Source: an uncultured Gemmatimonadales bacterium
GTDB lineage: Bacteria; Gemmatimonadota; Gemmatimonadetes; Longimicrobiales; RSA9
NCBI GenBank assembly: GCA_963741945.1
Contig: CAVUKA010000005.1
Location: 192,001-256,000 of the forward strand
Direction of reading: 5' to 3'
Length of the DNA: 64,000 nucleotides
The translations under genes and the position numbers were made by a program. A model generated the notes under the pieces. It had not been told where the DNA came from. It did not search any database and saw only the letters and a list, made by a program, of their open reading frames with translations. Position 1 is the stretch's first letter, and each line of letters begins with the position of its first letter. Positions 38,007 to 47,072 of the stretch are shown here, in pieces.

Positions 38007-39100
38007 CTCGCTCCTTCCAGCGTGCGCAGCTCTTCCACCGCCGCCCGCACCACGGCGGCCTCGTCGGCTCGCACCGTCATGTGCGCCACCTTGCGCCCGG
38101 GCCGTGGCGCTTTGCCGTACAGGTGCAGGTGCACGCCCCGGTGCCGCAGCACGTCCTCCGTGGCCGGCAGCGCACCGATGAGGTTGACCATGGCGGCGTG
38201 CCCGCGCATGGACGTCGATCCGAGCGGGAGCCCGAGCACGGCCCGCACGTGGTTCTCGAACTGGCTCGTCTCTGCGCCCTCGATCGACCAGTGACCGGAG
38301 TTGTGCACGCGCGGCGCCATCTCGTTCGCCAGCAGGTGGTCGCCGACCTGGAACAGCTCGATGGCGAGCACGCCCACATAGCCGAGCGACTCAAGGACCT
38401 GGCGCGCGTACGCCTCCGCGGCCTCCTGCAGCGCTGCCGTGAGCCCGGGCGCCGGCGCATAGGATACCCGCAGGATTCCGCTCTCGTGGTGGTTCTCCAC
38501 GACCGGATAGAACCGTTCATCCCCGTCCACACCGCGCACGGCCAGGATCGACAGCTCGCGATCGAACGCGACGAACCCCTCCAGGATCAGCGGGCTCCCG
38601 CCCAGCGTGGACCACGCGCTGTCCAGCTCGTCGCGGGACCGGATCACCACCTGGCCCTTGCCATCGTAGCCGAAGCGACGCGTCTTCAGCACGGCCGGCA
38701 GCCCCACGTCCTCCGCCGCCGCCCGCAGCTCCGCCAGCGAGCCGACCGGTGCGAACGGCGCCGTGTCGATCCCGCGGTCGCGGAAGAACGTCTTCTCGAT
38801 CAGCCGATCCTGCGACGTTTCCAGCGCTCGCCGCGTCGGCCGCACCGGGAGATGGTCTTCGAGGTAATCCAGCGCCACCGCCTCGACGTTCTCGAACTCG
38901 AAGGTCACGGCGTCCAGCCCGTCCGCGAACCGGGCCAGCGCCGCCGTGTCGTCGTACGGCTCTGCGTGCAACGCTGCCACTTCCGCCGACGAACGCGGGT
39001 CTTTCGGGTCGAGCAGCCGCGTGCTCACGCCCAGCGGATAGCCCGCCAGCGCCATCATCCTCCCCAGCTGACCACCACCCAGGATCCCCAGCCGCATCAC
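38003..39100 (-). CDS. purK: N5-carboxyaminoimidazole ribonucleotide synthase
   Basis: [47 protein letters not shown]. Confidence 0.96.
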   Translation of the reverse strand: MMRLGILGGGQLGRMMALAGYPLGVSTRLLDPKDPRSSAEVAALHAEPYDDTAALARFADGLDAVTFEFENVEAVALDYLEDHLPVRPTRRALETSQDRLIEKTFFRDRGIDTAPFAPVGSLAELRAAAEDVGLPAVLKTRRFGYDGKGQVVIRSRDELDSAWSTLGGSPLILEGFVAFDRELSILAVRGVDGDERFYPVVENHHESGILRVSYAPAPGLTAALQEAAEAYARQVLESLGYVGVLAIELFQVGDHLLANEMAPRVHNSGHWSIEGAETSQFENHVRAVLGLPLGSTSMRGHAAMVNLIGALPATEDVLRHRGVHLHLYGKAPRPGRKVAHMTVRADEAAVVRAAVEELRTLEGAR

Positions 39101-39591
39101 GTCTCCGGGTCTGGATGCGCCAGCACCCGCTCCGTCTGCATGCTGCGGAAGCGGTCCAGCGCTTCCCGTATCTCCGCGTACTTGTTCGACAGGATCGACG
39201 CCGCCAGAAGTGCCGCGTTCACCGCCCCCGAACGCCCGATGGACAGCGTGCCCACGGGCACCCCCGCAGGCATCTGCACGATCGACAACAGCGAGTCCAT
39301 CCCGTTCAGCGCCCGGCTCTTCACCGGCACACCCAGCACCGGGAGCAATGTCTTCGCCGCCGTCATCCCGGGCAGGTGCGCGGCCCCGCCCGCGCCCGCG
39401 ACGATGACTTCCAGCCCCCGATCCCGGGCCGAACTCGCGTAGTCGAACAGGAGATCCGGCGTGCGGTGCGCAGAAACCACCCGCTTCTCGTACCAGATCC
39501 CCAGCTCATCCAGCGTCTCCGCCGCGTGGCGCATGGTCTCCCAGTCCGATGTGGAGCCCATGATCAAACCCACCAGTGGTGTCTTCGACAT
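39097..39591 (-). CDS. purE: N5-CAIR mutase
   Basis: [34 protein letters not shown]. Confidence 0.97.
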   Translation of the reverse strand: MSKTPLVGLIMGSTSDWETMRHAAETLDELGIWYEKRVVSAHRTPDLLFDYASSARDRGLEVIVAGAGGAAHLPGMTAAKTLLPVLGVPVKSRALNGMDSLLSIVQMPAGVPVGTLSIGRSGAVNAALLAASILSNKYAEIREALDRFRSMQTERVLAHPDPET

Positions 39592-39707
39592 CGTCGGATC
39601 ACCCTCGGCTGCCGTGTGCGTACAGGGACCGACGCGGCCCCCCGTCCAGGTCCCGAAGCGACGCCCTCAAGCTAGGAGACCGCACCCCCCCCGGCAAAAC
39701 TCCCGCT

Positions 39708-40644
39708 TCACGCCGCGAAGAAGTCCCGCGCATCCTCAGGCGGGTCGTGCAGCGACCACGCAATCGCCACCCCCAGGATGGTCAGCACCACCCCCAGCGC
39801 CAGCCACACCGGGATGTGCACCACGTCGGACAACAGCATCTTCAGTCCGACGAACGACAGGATCACCGCCAGACCGGACGGCAGGCGCCGGAAAAGTCCG
39901 ATCATTCCCGCCAGCGCAAAGTACAGCGAGCGCAGTCCGAGAATGGCGAACACGTTCGAGGTGTAGACGATGAAGGCGTCCCGCGTGATCCCGAAGATCG
40001 CGGGGATGGAGTCCAGCGCGAACATCACGTCGCTCGCTTCCACCACCAGCAGCACCACGAACAGCGGTGTGGCCGCAATGATCCCGCCCCGCCGCACGAA
40101 GAACCTGTCTCCCTGATACCGTCTCAATACCGGCATCGCCCGACGCGCCAGCCGAACCACAGCGTTGTCCTTCAGGTTCATCGCCGGCCCCTTGTGCCGG
40201 AACATCTTCACGCCCGTGTAGATCAGGAACGCCCCGAAGATGTAGATGACGAACTCGAACCGGTGAATCAGCGCCGTCCCAACCAGGATCATCGACGCCC
40301 GCAGCACCAGTGCCCCCAGGATCCCCCAGAACAGCACCCGGTGCTGCAGCCGCCGCGGTACCCGGAAATACGAGAACGTCAGCGCGAACACGAACAGGTT
40401 GTCCACGCTCAGCGACAGCTCGATGATGTAGCCGGTCAGGTACTCCAGCGCCGGCTCACCCCCTTCGAACCGCCACAGCCCCAGTGCGAACACCATCGCC
40501 AGTGCAACCCACGTCCCCGTCCACGCCAGCGCCTCGCGCAGCCCCACCTCGTGCGTGCGCCGGTGGAACACGCCCAGGTCCAGCGCCAGCATCCCCAGCA
40601 CGAACCCGTTGAAGCCGATCCAGAACCAGAATGTTCTCGCGCAC
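39708..40644 (-). CDS. TerC/Alx family membrane protein; apparent 1-nt frameshift just after the likely start
   Basis: LSVDNLFVF, QHRVLFWGILGA, FALDSIPAI, SNVFAILGLR. The likely GTG at 40644 is out of frame by one base; an in-frame alternative GTG lies at 40679. Confidence 0.88.
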
Positions 40645-40837
40645 CGCCGCTCCACCCTCTCCCCCGCCCACGTCCACACCTCGGTGGTCCGCAGGCGATC
40701 CCGTTATTGTGGTTGCATCCTTTTCCCGCACGACCGCCCCGCCACCCTACCGTTGCGGCGGCGCATCGCCGTATTGCGCGGCACTGCGGAGCGGGTTCTA
40801 ATGTAGTGGCTTCCTCAACGACGCGAACCGCATACCC

Positions 40838-43800
40838 GTGTCGATCCTCGATCGCTTGCTGCCGGATTTCCCCGAAGACCAGAAGGGCCAGCGGACACGC
40901 CTGCTGGGCCTGATGGGTGCGTATTTCCTGGTTGTCACGGCCGTGGGGATCATGAAACCGGCGAAGAACGCGCTGGCGCTGTCGGGGCTGCCCGCGGGCA
41001 CGTTCTACAGGACATACCTGGTGAGCGTCGCGGTGATCCTGTTCGTCCCGGTATACAATCGCCTGTCGGACTGGATCGGCTGGCGAAGGCTCGTTCCGGC
41101 CGTGGCGTTCTTCTTCACTGCGACGCTGGTCCTGTTCCGGCTGGCGTACCGCGAGGGGAGCATGGTATACGGGCTCGCCTTCTACGGCTGGTACGATCTG
41201 TTCTCCGCGGCGCTGGTGACGCAGTTCTTTGCCGGGACCCAGCTGCTCCTGAACGCGCGCACGGCGCGGAGCGCGTATCCGCTGGTGATCGGGGGGGGCG
41301 CGATCGGCGCGGCGCTCGGGGGTGGGATTGCGGCGGTGCTGGCGCACGTCATCGGGACGCCGGACCTGCTGCTGGTGGCGGCTGCGTTCATTCTGGCGTT
41401 CGGGATTGCGATCCTGTTCGTGTGGCCTGAGGACATGTCGGTGGCGGAGCGAGCCCGGGCCAAGCAGATCCGGCGGCGCGAGCGCGTTTCCGTGAGTGAG
41501 TTCCGGCGCGTGTTCTCGAACCCGCACGTGCGGCTGATCGCGGTCACGGTGCTGCTGGCGATCATGACCAAGCAGTTCGTGGACTACGAGTTCAACACGC
41601 TGTCCGAGCAGCAGTTCGGGACCGTCGATGCCATCACGCGCTTCCAGGCGATCGTCGGCGTGATCGCTTCCACTCTGCCCATCCTCTCCGTGCTCGCGCT
41701 GCGGCCGGTGCTTCGGCGCTGGGGTGTGGGTGTGGCCGTCTTCATCCTCCCGGTCCTGATGCTCGTTTCCACGGCCGTGATGGCGGTCGCCTTCAGCATC
41801 TACACGGTCGTGGTCGCCCGTACGTCGGACTTGACGTTCCGCTACTCTGCGGAGCGCGCGGGGCGTGAGATCCTGTACGTCCCGGTGCCGGACGAGATCA
41901 AGCTGAAGGCGAAGACGTACATCGACGTGGCCATCGAGAAGGGGTTCGGCAAGGCGGTCACCGCCGTCGTGATCTACGCCCTCGTGGACCTGGTGGGAAT
42001 TCCGCCTGCGCGGCTGCGCTTCGTGGTGGTTGCCCTGGCACTGGCATGGCTGGGCGCCACCGTGGCCATCCGCCGCGAGTACGTTCGCACCCTCGCCCGC
42101 TCCATCCGGGGCCGCTTCGCCAGCTTTCAAGGACTGTCCGTGCTCGCCGACGCCAGCACTGCGGGCGTGGTCCGGGGCGCGCTGACGGGCAGCGACCCCG
42201 TGCAGACCTCGTTCGCCCTGGACCTGGTCGACCAGAGCGCTGCGACGGACACTGCCCCGATCAAGGATGCGCTGCACGGGCTGCTCGAACACGAGTCACC
42301 GGAAATTCGGGCCAAGGCGCTCCAGATCCTGGCGCGGGACGCTGCGGCCATCGACGTCGACCGGGTGCGAGAGCGGCTCCACGACCCGGCGCGCGCCGTC
42401 CGCGAGCAGGCCGTCCTGGCGATGGTCGCGGCGAACCGGGGAAACGAGCGGGACACGGTGGCGGAGCTCCTGCGCGACCCCGACACGGGCGTACGCACGG
42501 CCACGCTGGCGTGTCTGACCCGGGGCGATCTCACTGTCGAGGGGAGTGAGGTGCTGGACCCGGGATACCTGGACGGTCAGTGGGAGCGCGCCTACGAGGG
42601 CGACCGCAGCGCGCGCGTGGAGCTGGCGCTCGCTGCCGGAGCCATGCGGACGCACCCGCGGGCGCGCGAACTCCTGGAGCCCTTCCTCCACGACCCCGAC
42701 CCCGTCGTCTCGTCCGCCGCCATCCGCAGCGCGGGGCTCATCGGCGAGTCGGATTTCCACGCGGCCATAATCGCCGGGCTCAAGGCGCCAGGCACGCGCC
42801 ACGCGGCAAGGGAGGCGCTGGCGGAGCAGGGCCCGCGGGCCGTGGACATCCTGGGCAGCTACCTGCTGGACGAGTCGGCGCACCCCTCCATACGGCGGCA
42901 CATCCCGTCCGTGCTGGCCCGCGTGCCCGACCAGAAAGCGGCGAATCTCATGCTGCACAGCGTGGTGGCGCCGGAAACGGACCAGATCCTGGACTACCGC
43001 ACGCTGAAAGCGCTGAGCCAGCTCCGCGCTCGCTTCCCGGACCTCACGTTCGATCGGGAGCTGGTGACGGCGTCCATCCACCGGGAGGTGGACGCCGCCG
43101 CACGCTACGCCCAGGCGCGCGGGTGCCTCGACCGCCTCCAGGCGCGTGGCCCCGCCGCCGGCCTTCTCGCCCGCTCGCTGACAGAAGCGTGGGCGGAGCG
43201 GCAGGAGGGAGTCTTCAGGCTCCTGGGCCTGCTCTATCCCCACGACGAAGTGTATCGCTGCTTCCTTGCCATCCGCGGCGATGACCGGTCATCCAGCGCC
43301 AATGCCGTCGAGTGGCTCGAGGAAGTGCTCGACCGCCCCCTCTTCGAGCGGGTGGCCCCGGTCCTGGGAGAAGCACGGCTCCCGCGCGCCATGCCCGCGC
43401 CGGAATCCACGCTGGTGCCGCTCCTCACCGACGGCGATCCATGGATCGCCCGCCTCGCCGTGGCGGCACTGGTCGAGATCCGGGCAGGCTGGAGCCTGGA
43501 GGCCGTTCGTGGTATCATCGTCTCGTCCACCAGTGTCGATCTCCGCGACCTGGCCGAACGCCTGCTCGCGGATGGCAGCGCCGATATCGCCGGTCCCATG
43601 GATCTGATCGAGAAGGTATTCCTCCTCCAGAAGATCGATCTCCTCCGGGACGCCAGGAGCGCGCACCTCGCGCTGCTGGCGTCCATCGCGGAGGAGGTCG
43701 AGGTGGAGGCGGGCACGGTCCTGATCCATGAGGACGAGCCGACGGACGCCATGTACGTGGTGGTGGACGGACGCATCGAGATGCGAGGCGTGACGGACCA

Positions 43801-44008
43801 GCGTCTCCAGGCCGGACCCGGCCAGGCCTTCGGCACATGGGCGCTGATCGACGAGGCGCCCAGCCTGGTCACGGCCACGACGGTCATGCCGAGCCGGCTC
43901 CTCCGGATCACGCGCAACGAGTTCTACGATCTGCTGGCGGACCATTCCGAGATCGCCCTCGGGCTTCTCCAGGGACTGGCGCGCCGCGTTCGCACGCTGG
44001 TGGCCTGA
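40838..44008 (+). CDS. Npt/Tlc (ATP/ADP translocase-like) MFS domain fused to HEAT repeats and a C-terminal cNMP-binding-like domain
   Basis: About 12 TM with REILYVPVPDEIKLKAKTYIDV signature; HEAT repeats (HESPEIRAKAL, DPDTGVRTATL); LIEKVFLLQKIDLL...YVVVDG...FGTWAL. Confidence 0.85.
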   Translation: MSILDRLLPDFPEDQKGQRTRLLGLMGAYFLVVTAVGIMKPAKNALALSGLPAGTFYRTYLVSVAVILFVPVYNRLSDWIGWRRLVPAVAFFFTATLVLFRLAYREGSMVYGLAFYGWYDLFSAALVTQFFAGTQLLLNARTARSAYPLVIGGGAIGAALGGGIAAVLAHVIGTPDLLLVAAAFILAFGIAILFVWPEDMSVAERARAKQIRRRERVSVSEFRRVFSNPHVRLIAVTVLLAIMTKQFVDYEFNTLSEQQFGTVDAITRFQAIVGVIASTLPILSVLALRPVLRRWGVGVAVFILPVLMLVSTAVMAVAFSIYTVVVARTSDLTFRYSAERAGREILYVPVPDEIKLKAKTYIDVAIEKGFGKAVTAVVIYALVDLVGIPPARLRFVVVALALAWLGATVAIRREYVRTLARSIRGRFASFQGLSVLADASTAGVVRGALTGSDPVQTSFALDLVDQSAATDTAPIKDALHGLLEHESPEIRAKALQILARDAAAIDVDRVRERLHDPARAVREQAVLAMVAANRGNERDTVAELLRDPDTGVRTATLACLTRGDLTVEGSEVLDPGYLDGQWERAYEGDRSARVELALAAGAMRTHPRARELLEPFLHDPDPVVSSAAIRSAGLIGESDFHAAIIAGLKAPGTRHAAREALAEQGPRAVDILGSYLLDESAHPSIRRHIPSVLARVPDQKAANLMLHSVVAPETDQILDYRTLKALSQLRARFPDLTFDRELVTASIHREVDAAARYAQARGCLDRLQARGPAAGLLARSLTEAWAERQEGVFRLLGLLYPHDEVYRCFLAIRGDDRSSSANAVEWLEEVLDRPLFERVAPVLGEARLPRAMPAPESTLVPLLTDGDPWIARLAVAALVEIRAGWSLEAVRGIIVSSTSVDLRDLAERLLADGSADIAGPMDLIEKVFLLQKIDLLRDARSAHLALLASIAEEVEVEAGTVLIHEDEPTDAMYVVVDGRIEMRGVTDQRLQAGPGQAFGTWALIDEAPSLVTATTVMPSRLLRITRNEFYDLLADHSEIALGLLQGLARRVRTLVA

Positions 44009-44036
44009 GCACCGCTCCCCTTCCCCTCCGTGAGAC

Positions 44037-44516
44037 ATGCCTGAGCCACAGACCGCCACCGTCATGATCGTGGACGACGAGGAGATGGTCGCCACCGCGC
44101 TCCGCAGCTTCCTCGAGCTGGAGACGTCGTACCGGATCCTCACCTACACCTCCCCGTTGACGGCGTTGGAGACCGTGGAGTCCGAGCCGGTGAACGTCGT
44201 CCTGGCGGACTTCATGATGCCGCAAATGGACGGGATCAGCTTCCTCCGTCACGTTCGGGACAGGAAGCCGCAGGCCACGCGGATCCTGCTCACGGGGTAC
44301 GCGGACAAGGAGAACGCGATCCGGGCGATCAACGAGGCAGGGCTCTATTACTACCTCGAGAAGCCGTGGAACAACGAGCACCTGAAGCTGGTGATCCGCA
44401 ACGGCGTGGAACGCTCGACGCTCTTCAACGAGCTGGAGAGCCGCGTCATGGCGCTCGAGGACGCCAACCAGGAGCTGTTCGAGATCCGGCGGCGCCTGGT
44501 GAAGGCGTTCCTGTGA
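44037..44516 (+). CDS. Response regulator (REC plus short coiled coil, no output domain)
   Basis: IVDDE, LADFMMPQMDG, LLTGY, LEKPW. Confidence 0.92.
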   Translation: MPEPQTATVMIVDDEEMVATALRSFLELETSYRILTYTSPLTALETVESEPVNVVLADFMMPQMDGISFLRHVRDRKPQATRILLTGYADKENAIRAINEAGLYYYLEKPWNNEHLKLVIRNGVERSTLFNELESRVMALEDANQELFEIRRRLVKAFL

Positions 44517-45997
44517 CAGGGCGCGCGAGCCCGCTTTATCACCCGGTCCGCGCGCGTGCCGCCCTGGCGGCGTGGGCGTTCGGAGCGGGAATCCTCTTCC
44601 TGCTCGTCCTCCACCTGCCGCTCGATTTCCGCTTCTTCGGACTGACCGCCGTCTGGTTCGCGGCTTCCGCGCTCTCCCTCCACTGGCTCACGGGTCACCG
44701 CGGCAGACCGTACTTCTTCTTCTTCCGCTTCGCCATCTTCTCCGTGGAGGTGCTCGTGGCCGTGCTCCTGGCCCACTACGTGGGCGCGAGCAGCTGGCTG
44801 GCCACCCTCTTCCTCCTCTTCCCCACCATCGAGTGGAACATGCTCTACCCCGGGGGCTGGGGATTCGCCGGCTCGGTCCTCGCCATCATCGCCAGTGGTA
44901 CGCTGATCCTGGCCGAGGCCGTGGGGACCGTCCCCGCCGGTGCGCTGTTCCTGACCATCGAGCCGGAATATGCCGAGCCGCGCTACGCGCTGGCCGCCTT
45001 CTTCATCTCCCTTTCCGTCATTGCCGGGCTCTCCACGGTGGTGGGCCGCTACGCGGAGGCCGGGCGACGCCAGAGCCGGGAGCTGGCCCTGGCCAACGAT
45101 CGATTGACGGAGCTGTCCGACGACCTGCGCCGCTCCCACTCCGAAGTGGAGGAGGCCTACGCACAGCTGCGGAGCACGCAGGCAGAGCTGGTCGGCTCCG
45201 CCAAGCTGGCCACGCTCGGCAACCTGATCGCAGGCGTTGCGCACGAGATCAACACCCCGCTCGGCGCGCTGCACAGCAACCATGACACGATGCACCGCGC
45301 GCTGACGCGCCTCCAGGCGATCCTGGCGGACGAGGTGGTGGACGAGGACGAGCTCGAGGATGTCCGGCGCATCGTCAAGGCCGTGGACGGCGTGACGGAA
45401 ACCAACAACCTGGCCGTGGACAGGATGATGCGGCTGGTGACCAGCCTGCGGACGTTCGGCAGGGTGGACCGCTCGGAAGTGGATTTCGCCGACCTGCACG
45501 AGGGGCTGGAGAGCACGCTGGCGATCCTGGCCCACGAGCTCAAGGACCGGGTCCAGGTGGCGAAGGAATACGGGGAGCTGCCGCGCGTCGAGTGCTATCC
45601 CAACCAGGTGCACCAGGTGTTCATGAACCTCATCGTGAACGCGGCGCAGGCCATCCACGGCAGCGGAACCATCACCATTCGTACCCGGCACGAGGGGGAC
45701 CAGGTGGCCATCGATGTCGGGGACACGGGCGTGGGGATCACCGCCGAGAACGTCGCGCGCATCTTCGACCCCGGCTTCACCACGAAAGGGAAGCGGATGG
45801 GCATGGGGATGGGGCTGCTGATCACTCGCCAGATCGTGGATCGGCACCACGGCCACATCGACGTCCGCAGCGAGCCCGGCCGCGGCACGACCTTCACCGT
45901 CCGGCTCCCCGTCCGGCTCCCCGCGTCCGCGCGCCCGAATCGCGACCCTTCCACCCAAACCGCGCCCGCCGGCACGCCGGCCGGGGGGCGCCAGTAG
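44513..45997 (+). CDS. Multi-TM sensor histidine kinase
   Basis: About 6 hydrophobic segments, AHEINTP, MNLIVNAAQA, DTGVGI, FTTKG, GMGMGL. Confidence 0.92.
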   Translation: MTGRASPLYHPVRARAALAAWAFGAGILFLLVLHLPLDFRFFGLTAVWFAASALSLHWLTGHRGRPYFFFFRFAIFSVEVLVAVLLAHYVGASSWLATLFLLFPTIEWNMLYPGGWGFAGSVLAIIASGTLILAEAVGTVPAGALFLTIEPEYAEPRYALAAFFISLSVIAGLSTVVGRYAEAGRRQSRELALANDRLTELSDDLRRSHSEVEEAYAQLRSTQAELVGSAKLATLGNLIAGVAHEINTPLGALHSNHDTMHRALTRLQAILADEVVDEDELEDVRRIVKAVDGVTETNNLAVDRMMRLVTSLRTFGRVDRSEVDFADLHEGLESTLAILAHELKDRVQVAKEYGELPRVECYPNQVHQVFMNLIVNAAQAIHGSGTITIRTRHEGDQVAIDVGDTGVGITAENVARIFDPGFTTKGKRMGMGMGLLITRQIVDRHHGHIDVRSEPGRGTTFTVRLPVRLPASARPNRDPSTQTAPAGTPAGGRQ

Positions 45998-46005
45998 GAG
46001 GTCCC

Positions 46006-46971
46006 ATGCCCAGGACCCGATCCGCCCGCTTCACGGCTCTCTCCGCGCTCCTGCTCATGCTCCTGGCCCCGCCGCTCCGGGCGCAGGGCAACTTCCTCGC
46101 GCCGGTGGACACGATCGAGGCCCGGTTGCGAGCCGGCACCTTCACCATCATGGACGAGCGCGGGTCCAGGTTCGAGGGCGACAGGACCAGCCGCGTGGCG
46201 CTGAATTTCGGGAATGATGCCATGCTGGTGGTCAAGTGGGCGCCCGCGGCCCAGGGTGGAGAGGCGTACAACAACAGCCCGCGCTACGAGGCGGCCGCCT
46301 ACGAGCTCCAGAAGCTCTTCCTGGACCGGCACGAGATCGTGGTGCCGCCCACCGTCCTGCGCGCGTTCCCCCTGACCTGGTACCGGACGCTGGATCCCCG
46401 GGCGCATGCCACGTTCCTGGACACGGAGTCCGTGCTCGTGGCGCTCCAGTACTGGCTGTTCAACGTGACTCCCGACGACTACTGGGATCCCGACCGCGTC
46501 GACACGGATACCGCCTACGCCAGGGGCATCGGGAACTTCAACATCTTCACCTACCTGGCCCGGCAGTCGGATGACAATCAGGGCAATTTCCTGATCTCCG
46601 GCGACTCCGCCGCATGTCGCGTGTATTCGGTGGACAACGGCGTGGCCTTTGCCAGCCAGGCCAGCGACCGGGGCGCCAACTGGCGACGCATCCGCATCAA
46701 ACGCCTCCCGCGCGCCACGATCGATCGTCTCCGCGCGCTCACCGAGGACAGCCTCACCGCCCGACTCGAGACTGTTGCGGAGTTCCGCGTCGCGCCCGAC
46801 GGGACCCTGGAGTCCGTGGACCCGGGGCCGAACATCTCCCCGGACCGCGGCATCCGCCGGGCCGAGAATCGTATTCAGCTCGGGCTCACGCGCGGCGAGA
46901 TCCACGGTGTCTGGCGCCGGGTGGAAGGACTGCTGCGCGACGTGGACCGCGGCCGCTACGAGCTCTTCTGA
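46006..46971 (+). CDS. Signal-peptide-bearing atypical kinase-fold protein (PI3K/PI4K/Fam20-like motifs)
   Basis: AGGAGG RBS; signal peptide (LRA-Q); VKW, RYEAAAYEL, VPPTV, SDDNQGNFL, VDNG. Confidence 0.7.
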   Translation: MPRTRSARFTALSALLLMLLAPPLRAQGNFLAPVDTIEARLRAGTFTIMDERGSRFEGDRTSRVALNFGNDAMLVVKWAPAAQGGEAYNNSPRYEAAAYELQKLFLDRHEIVVPPTVLRAFPLTWYRTLDPRAHATFLDTESVLVALQYWLFNVTPDDYWDPDRVDTDTAYARGIGNFNIFTYLARQSDDNQGNFLISGDSAACRVYSVDNGVAFASQASDRGANWRRIRIKRLPRATIDRLRALTEDSLTARLETVAEFRVAPDGTLESVDPGPNISPDRGIRRAENRIQLGLTRGEIHGVWRRVEGLLRDVDRGRYELF

Positions 46972-47005
46972 GCGCGCCCTGCCCCCGTCCGGCGGCAGCG
47001 GGCGT

Positions 47006-47045
47006 GCAGAAGCGGCTGGCGGGGCGACCCGCCAGCCGCTTCTGC
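47006..47045. terminator. 18-bp perfect hairpin between convergent genes
   Basis: GCAGAAGCGGCTGGCGGG-GCGA-CCCGCCAGCCGCTTCTGC. Confidence 0.7.
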
Positions 47046-47072
47046 TTCACACCCGCCGGTGTCCCGGGGTTC

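Noticed and set aside
40645-40837. yybP-ykoY manganese riboswitch upstream of TerC
   Set aside because: The conserved GGGGAGUA-type element is not visible on the minus strand; a cmscan would be needed to exclude it fully.
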